Shown here: positions 58,819 to 64,000 of the stretch, one piece after another
Layout of the letters: every line of letters begins with the position of its first letter
Numbering within the stretch: position 1 is the first letter of the stretch
From: Bradymonadia bacterium
Lineage (GTDB): Bacteria > Myxococcota_A > Bradymonadia > UBA7976 > UBA1532
Assembly (NCBI GenBank): GCA_046290225.1
Contig: JBKAGE010000072.1
Coordinates: 35,764 to 99,763, forward strand
Reading direction: 5' to 3'
DNA length: 64,000 nt
The notes under the pieces: model-generated
Database searches by the model: none
What the model saw: the letters and a program-made list of their open reading frames with translations, nothing else
Told to the model about the DNA's origin: nothing
Made by a program: the position numbers and the translations under genes

Positions 58819-60042
58819 CTACCTCCGGTGACCCAAGGCTACGAGCCCGGGCAGGGCGCGGCCTTCGACAAACTCCAAGCTGGCGCCGCCGCCGGTGGAG
58901 ATGTGGCTGATGTCGCCGGCGCGGCCGCTCTCGTTCACGGCGCGGACCGAGTCGCCGCCACCCACGACAGAGAAGGCGTCGGCGCTGGCGATGGCGTCGG
59001 CCACGGCTCGGGTGCCTGCGGCGAAGGCGTCGAACTCGAAGACCCCCATAGGGCCGTTCCAGAAGATCGTCTTCGCTGTGGCGAGGCGGGCGGCATAGGC
59101 CGCCTGGGTCTTGGGGCCGATGTCGAGGGCCATATGACCTGCGGGGATATCGACCTCGTCGACGTTTCGGCGTAGAGCGCCTGCGTCAAAGTCGGTGGCC
59201 ACACCATGATCGACAGGGAGCAGAACCTGCACGCCCTTCTTGCTCGCCGTGGAGAGTACCTCGCGGGCGGTGTTCAAGTGGGCTTCCTCGACGCGGCTGT
59301 TGGCCACCTCGTGGCCCTGCACCTTGAGGAAGGTGTAGGCCATGGCGCCGCCGATGACGAGGGCCTCGACCTTGTTGAGCAGGTTCTCGATGACGGCGAT
59401 CTTGTCGCTGACCTTGGCGCCGCCGAGCACGGCGACGAAGCCCGCCTTCGGAGCGTTGAGCACGCGACCGAGGGCTTCGACCTCGCGCATCATCAGCTTG
59501 CCCGCGGCCTTGTGCTCCACGAGGCCAGCGACACCGGCAGTGCTGGCGTGGGCCCGGTGGGCGGTGCCGAAGGCGTCGTTGATGTAGACGTCAGCGTAGG
59601 CGGCGAGGGCCTTGGCGAGCCCTTCGTCGTTTTTGGTCTCGCCGGCGTGGAACCGCATGTTCTCCAGCATGACCACCTGGCCGTCGCGCATCTCGCGGAT
59701 CAGCTTGGTGGCAGCGTCGCCCACAGGGGCGTCGGCGAGGAGCACGTCCTGGCCCAGGTGGCCAGCGAGCACACCGCCCGCAGGGGCCAGCGACATCTCG
59801 GGGACCACCTCGCCCTTGGGTCGACCGCAGTGGCTCGCCAGGATGACCCGAGCGCCCTGCTCGACGACGTACCGAATGGTGGGCAGCGCAGCACGGATGC
59901 GGCTGTCGTCGGCCACCACCATGCGGCCCTTGGCGTCGGCTTCGAGGGGGACGTTGAAGTCCACCCGGATGAAGACGCGCTTTCCTTCGAGCTCGAGCTG
60001 ATCGACGGTGGTCAGCCCGGCGTTACGACTGCGATCGGCCAT
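58819..60042 (-). CDS. pgk: phosphoglycerate kinase
   Basis: [17 protein letters not shown]-terminus. [12 protein letters not shown]. Hinge and C-domain motifs GGGDSV and [13 protein letters not shown] at 60042 is 1 nt after the gap stop. Alternative GTG start at 60051. Confidence 0.9.
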   Translation of the reverse strand: MADRSRNAGLTTVDQLELEGKRVFIRVDFNVPLEADAKGRMVVADDSRIRAALPTIRYVVEQGARVILASHCGRPKGEVVPEMSLAPAGGVLAGHLGQDVLLADAPVGDAATKLIREMRDGQVVMLENMRFHAGETKNDEGLAKALAAYADVYINDAFGTAHRAHASTAGVAGLVEHKAAGKLMMREVEALGRVLNAPKAGFVAVLGGAKVSDKIAVIENLLNKVEALVIGGAMAYTFLKVQGHEVANSRVEEAHLNTAREVLSTASKKGVQVLLPVDHGVATDFDAGALRRNVDEVDIPAGHMALDIGPKTQAAYAARLATAKTIFWNGPMGVFEFDAFAAGTRAVADAIASADAFSVVGGGDSVRAVNESGRAGDISHISTGGGASLEFVEGRALPGLVALGHRR

Positions 60043-60043
60043 C

Positions 60044-61060
60044 TCAGGCACTCGCCCGGGGCAGGCCCAGCATGAGGCGGGTCAGATCGACCATGCGGCA
60101 GCTGAAGCCCCACTCGTTGTCGTACCAGCTGAGCACCTTCACGGTGTTGCCCATGACCTTGGTGTTGGGCAGATCGGCGATGCTGGAGTGGGGGTTCCCG
60201 GTGAAGTCGATGCTCACCAGCTCGTTGTCGTCGGTGGCGAGCACACCCTTAAGGGGACCCTCGGCGGCGGTGGTGAACGCGTTGTTCACCTCGGCAGCGT
60301 CGGCGGGGGCCCTCTTGAGGGTGGCCACGAAGTCCACCAGGGAGACGTCGGCGGTGGGCACGCGTACGGCGAGGCCGTCGAGCTTGCCGTTCAGGTGGGT
60401 GAGCACCTTGCCGATGGCCGCGGCGGCCCCGGTGCTGGTGGGGATCATCGACAGGCCGGCAGCGCGGGCCCGGCGGCGATCCTTGTGGGGCAGATCGAGC
60501 AGCTTCTGATCGTTGGTGTAGGCGTGGATCGTGGTCATCACGCCGTGCTCGATGCCGTAGGTCTCGTCGAGGACCTTCACGATGGGGGCCAGGCAGTTGG
60601 TGGTGCAGGAGCCACAGGAGACCACCCTGTGCTGCGCAGGATCGAGGTCGGCGTCGTTCACGCCCACCACCACGGTCATGTCCTCGCCCTTGGCCGGGGC
60701 GCTCACGATGACCGCCTTGGCGCCGGCGTCGAGGTGCTTGGCGGCGGTGTCGCGGGTGCGGAAGTGGCCGGTGCACTCGAGCACCACCTCGACCTCGTTC
60801 TCGCCCCAGGGCAGCTTGGTCGGATCAGGCTCCGCAGTGGCGAGCACCTTGCGGCCGTTCACGAGGATGTGGTCCTCGGCGGCCTCCACGGTGCCGTTGA
60901 AGGCGCCGTGCACGGAGTCATACTTGAGCAGGTGGGCCAGCATGCCATTGTCGGTGAGATCGTTGATGGCGACGACCTCGACCTCAGGATCGTTCTCCAG
61001 GATACGGAAAACAGCGCGGCCAATGCGGCCAAACCCGTTGATGGCGATCTTGCGGCTCAT
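60044..61060 (-). CDS. gap: glyceraldehyde-3-phosphate dehydrogenase
   Basis: ATG at 61060 preceded by [23 protein letters not shown] Rossmann start. Catalytic [22 protein letters not shown]-terminus. Confidence 0.9.
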   Translation of the reverse strand: MSRKIAINGFGRIGRAVFRILENDPEVEVVAINDLTDNGMLAHLLKYDSVHGAFNGTVEAAEDHILVNGRKVLATAEPDPTKLPWGENEVEVVLECTGHFRTRDTAAKHLDAGAKAVIVSAPAKGEDMTVVVGVNDADLDPAQHRVVSCGSCTTNCLAPIVKVLDETYGIEHGVMTTIHAYTNDQKLLDLPHKDRRRARAAGLSMIPTSTGAAAAIGKVLTHLNGKLDGLAVRVPTADVSLVDFVATLKRAPADAAEVNNAFTTAAEGPLKGVLATDDNELVSIDFTGNPHSSIADLPNTKVMGNTVKVLSWYDNEWGFSCRMVDLTRLMLGLPRASA

Positions 61061-61195
61061 GCTCTCGCTCCTCCCTCGAATTGCAGACACACGGGTGCCC
61101 GGAAAAAGTGGTGCAAACTAAGCGAGTGGGGGGGCCTCAGTCAAGAGGGCTGGAGGGGGTATGCAGAAGGTGCGGCAGGTATTTGTTTTGGGGCT

Positions 61196-61930
61196 CTACT
61201 GAACCCGGCGCAGGACCATGGCCACATAGAAGACGCGACCCCGGCCCACGTTGCGATACCAGCGGGCCTCGTCGAGCACGCGGCGAATGGTGGGATCTTC
61301 CTCGGAGACGCGCTCGGACCGCATGAGAGCCCAGGCGTGACGCACACAATCGTTATAGTGCGACTCCCAGAGCTCGGGCTGCATACTCACCTGGTGCACG
61401 AGCTCAAAGCCGGCGCCACGGACCACGGCGTGATAGTCGGCGAGGGTGCCCATGGGCTCGGCCATGCGGCGCTCAAGCGGCCCACGAACCTCGGTGGGCG
61501 CACCCTTGTTCACCACCCCAGGGTAAGTGAGGGCGAGGATGCCTCCAGGGGCCAGGATACGACGCCAGACCGTGAGGGCGTGCTTGAGCCCCAACGACAG
61601 CGCCGCACCTTCGGAGACCACCACCTTGAAGGCCTGATCCTGGAACGGCAGGCTGGCCAGATCGGCCCGCACCGGCCGCACGAAGACGTCACCACCGCCC
61701 TCTTCGGCCCGACGCATCGTCTCTTTCAGGCATCGAGGATCAGGATCGACGGCCACCACAGGGCAGCACCGCGAGCGGGCGATCCAGGTGGCGTTTGATC
61801 CGAGCCCCGAGCCCAGCTCGGCGACGACATCGGTGGATTTGATGGTGATGGCCGAGAGATAGGCGGACGAAAAGGTGACCCCGCCGGGCTCGATGCGTGG
61901 GAGATCGGCATAAAACCCGAAAAGATCCAC
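61196..61930 (-). CDS. class I SAM-dependent methyltransferase
   Basis: Motif I VVAELGSGLGSNATWIA. Post-I acidic residue VVAVDPDPRC. Motif-II-like VVVSEGAAL. Confidence 0.65.
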   Translation of the reverse strand: MDLFGFYADLPRIEPGGVTFSSAYLSAITIKSTDVVAELGSGLGSNATWIARSRCCPVVAVDPDPRCLKETMRRAEEGGGDVFVRPVRADLASLPFQDQAFKVVVSEGAALSLGLKHALTVWRRILAPGGILALTYPGVVNKGAPTEVRGPLERRMAEPMGTLADYHAVVRGAGFELVHQVSMQPELWESHYNDCVRHAWALMRSERVSEEDPTIRRVLDEARWYRNVGRGRVFYVAMVLRRVQ

Positions 61931-62062
61931 AGTACTGGCCTGCCTCTACGTGACGAAGATGTTGGAGATGGTGGAAGGCCGTGGGCTGGAAGTCAATCCC
62001 TTGCGTCTTCTGGAGACGTCAGGCGCCCACTTCGATGGGCCGACCGTGGGGCCGAAGGGGCC

Positions 62063-63193
62063 TCAGCGCTCGGCGCTGGGCACGTAGGCGGCGTCGGTCT
62101 CGCCGACGTAGACCTGGGTGGGGCGGAAGATGCGGTTGTCCTCGAGCTGCTCCATCCAGTGGGCGGTCCAGCCGGAGACGCGGGCGATGGCGAAGAGGGG
62201 GGTGAAGAGGTCGGTCTCCACACCCATCTTCTGGTAGACGAGGCCGCTGTAGAAGTCGACGTTGGGGTAGATGCCCTTGGCCCCGAACTCCTCGGCGGCG
62301 AGGGTCTCGAGCTGGTGAGCGATGTCGTACATATCGGTGGAGCCGTGGCTCTCGAAGAGATCGGCGGCCATAGACTGGAGCACGTGAGCGCGGGGGTCCT
62401 TCACCTTGTAGACGCGGTGGCCGAGGCCCATGATCTTCTGCTTGTTGGCCACGGCGTTGTCGAGGAAGCCCTTCACGGCGTCGACGTTGCCGATCTTCTC
62501 GAGCATGCGGAGCACGCGCTCGTTGGCGCCGCCGTGCAGGGGGCCCGAGAGGGAGCCGATGGCACCACAGATGACCGAGAAGGGGTTGGCCAGGGTGGAG
62601 CCCACGACGCGGGCGGTGAAGGTCGAGGCGTTGAAGCCGTGCTCGGCGTGGAGCACCAGGCAGACGTCGAGCAGACGGGTGACCTTGTCGTCGGCCTTCT
62701 CACCGGTGAGCATGTAGATGAAGTCGGCGGCGTGGCTCAGGCTGGCGTCGCTGGCCACGACCTCTTTGCCCTTGCGGATGCGGTCGAAGGCGGCGGTGAT
62801 GGCGGGCACCGCGGCGATGACCTGCAGCGCAGCGGTGCGGTTGCCGGCCTTGTCGGTGACGTCCATGTGGGGGAAGGCACCACCGTAGGCGCTGATGCCC
62901 GCCTGCAGAGCCACCATGGGGTGGGTGGTCTTGGGCAGGGCCTTGAGCACGTTGATGACGCCCTCGGGCAGGCTGCGCTTGGCGGCGAGCTCGGCGGTGA
63001 AGCTGGCGAGCTCGTCGCTCGTGGGCAGCTTGCCGAAGAGGAGCAGGTAGGTCACCTCTTCGAAGGTGCTGTTCTCGGCGAGGGCTTCGATGCGAATGCC
63101 CCGGTAGCGCAGGATGCCCTGCTGGCCGTCGATGAGGCCGATGGCGGACTTGGCAGCGGGGACGCCAGCGAGGCCGGGCACGAAATCGCTCAT
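62063..63193 (-). CDS. citrate synthase (small type; could be 2-methylcitrate synthase)
   Basis: 376 aa. GLGHRVYKVKDPRA and LHGGANERV catalytic-region motifs. GGAG-rich RBS before the ATG at 63193. Confidence 0.85.
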   Translation of the reverse strand: MSDFVPGLAGVPAAKSAIGLIDGQQGILRYRGIRIEALAENSTFEEVTYLLLFGKLPTSDELASFTAELAAKRSLPEGVINVLKALPKTTHPMVALQAGISAYGGAFPHMDVTDKAGNRTAALQVIAAVPAITAAFDRIRKGKEVVASDASLSHAADFIYMLTGEKADDKVTRLLDVCLVLHAEHGFNASTFTARVVGSTLANPFSVICGAIGSLSGPLHGGANERVLRMLEKIGNVDAVKGFLDNAVANKQKIMGLGHRVYKVKDPRAHVLQSMAADLFESHGSTDMYDIAHQLETLAAEEFGAKGIYPNVDFYSGLVYQKMGVETDLFTPLFAIARVSGWTAHWMEQLEDNRIFRPTQVYVGETDAAYVPSAER

Positions 63194-63389
63194 GATGCTT
63201 AGGGCTCCTCAACCCGTTTTTGCAAAGGGGCTCGGAGATCGACCGCTTCAGCCAATCTCGGCGCACACCTGATTCATAGAAGGAGTCCGGCCCATCTCAC
63301 CGACCTGCCCGGACACATGACACGGACAGGCTCTGAGGCGCAGGACGGGGCCGATCTGCGTTGCGGGGCTTATACCAGAAAGGCCCCTT

Positions 63390-63480
63390 GTTAAAAAGCG
63401 TCGCTTTACACAGATGCCCCGTCATTTTGCAAAGTCGCGAAGCTGTTTTACAGACACGCATTTACATACATGTAAAGCCA
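63390..63480 (-). promoter_or_regulatory. AT-rich putative promoter/operator upstream of citrate synthase
   Basis: Unusually AT-rich for this genome. Contains the inverted repeat TTTACAT-AC-ATGTAAA at 63461-63476. Three further TTTACA hexamers. The palindrome TTTGCAAA at 63426-63433 also occurs at 63219-63226, next to the RBS. Confidence 0.35.
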
Positions 63481-63501
63481 ACGTCACCCTTTCGATACAC
63501 C

Positions 63502-63936
63502 TCACCACCTCAAGGCGACGCGCCCCCCAAACCGGGCCTCCCAGGCATCGAGGAACTCCTCTTCGGGCCGCTCGAGATCCAGTGCGCTCAGGGGCAGATT
63601 AAAGTTCGCCCAGCCGCTCAGCTGTAAATGCTCACCGAGCTCGATGCCGAGGCTGACCTCCTGAACTGTGAAGAACCCCTTGCGCTGATCGATGGTGCTG
63701 CCCACCACTTCCCCGTCGAAAGGGCTGATGGGGATCCCCAGGGCGACGCCCCCCTCGATGGTCAGGACAAAGGGATCAGGCCACCACGTGAAGCCGAGCC
63801 CCACCGTGGTCTGGGCGCCGGAGAACGTGTCCTGGACTGCGGTGGTGAGCACAGGGCGCACGAGGCCCTGCAGCCACGCGTGGGCGAAGATGCTCTCTCG
63901 AGGCCGGCCCGCGGCGATCTGCAGCGTGCCGCCCAC
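63502..63936 (-). CDS. hypothetical protein (may continue beyond the ORF tracker's first ATG)
   Basis: 144-aa ORF with codon bias consistent with coding. Ends in ...GGRVALRW. No recognisable domain. Confidence 0.3.
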   Translation of the reverse strand: MGGTLQIAAGRPRESIFAHAWLQGLVRPVLTTAVQDTFSGAQTTVGLGFTWWPDPFVLTIEGGVALGIPISPFDGEVVGSTIDQRKGFFTVQEVSLGIELGEHLQLSGWANFNLPLSALDLERPEEEFLDAWEARFGGRVALRW

Positions 63937-64000
63937 AAGGGGGGCGTCGGGGCTCCAGACCCCTTCGAGGGCGAAGACGGCCTGTCGGGAGATCCCGATC

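Noticed and set aside
60008-61798. 596-aa plus-strand ORF spanning gap and the methyltransferase
   Set aside because: Antisense to two well-supported genes with clear catalytic motifs.

Overview
This is a ~64 kb, very GC-rich (~68-70%) bacterial chromosomal segment. Gene content suggests Myxococcota: many lipoproteins, Ser/Thr kinase, PEGA and FG-GAP proteins, tandem MuiA/DUF4139 genes. Every long antisense ORF is a GC-driven artefact.

Core genes:
- An lspA-lgt lipoprotein-maturation pair.
- A gap-pgk-tpiA-secG operon.
- Citrate synthase, RNase D, a large NAD-type glutamate dehydrogenase, MenB-like and two other crotonase-fold enzymes, a PuuE-like deacetylase, a DsbA-like oxidoreductase, tRNA-Leu(GAG) with an intrinsic terminator, and a hybrid GAF-PAS histidine kinase.

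Accessory content that stands out:
1. A full-length bacterial major vault protein (MVP) homologue in a tight MVP-hypothetical-MscS array, divergent from a PAS-GGDEF cyclase.
2. A lipoprotein alpha-2-macroglobulin with a CFEQ thioester and no partner pbpC.
3. A LipA-type lipase with its Lif foldase, two genes away from a giant pseudopilin-like protein.
4. A four-helix-bundle (rRNA intervening-sequence family) gene embedded between ~265 bp perfect inverted repeats carrying a (CACGGG)5 microsatellite.
5. Two copies of a ~500 bp hairpin MITE-like element (one beside the tRNA) and an unrelated palindromic element built from CTGTAGCGGACG 12-mers.
6. A ~2.8 kb gene-free island of ~45-50% GC with two tandem-repeat arrays and a 77 bp duplication.
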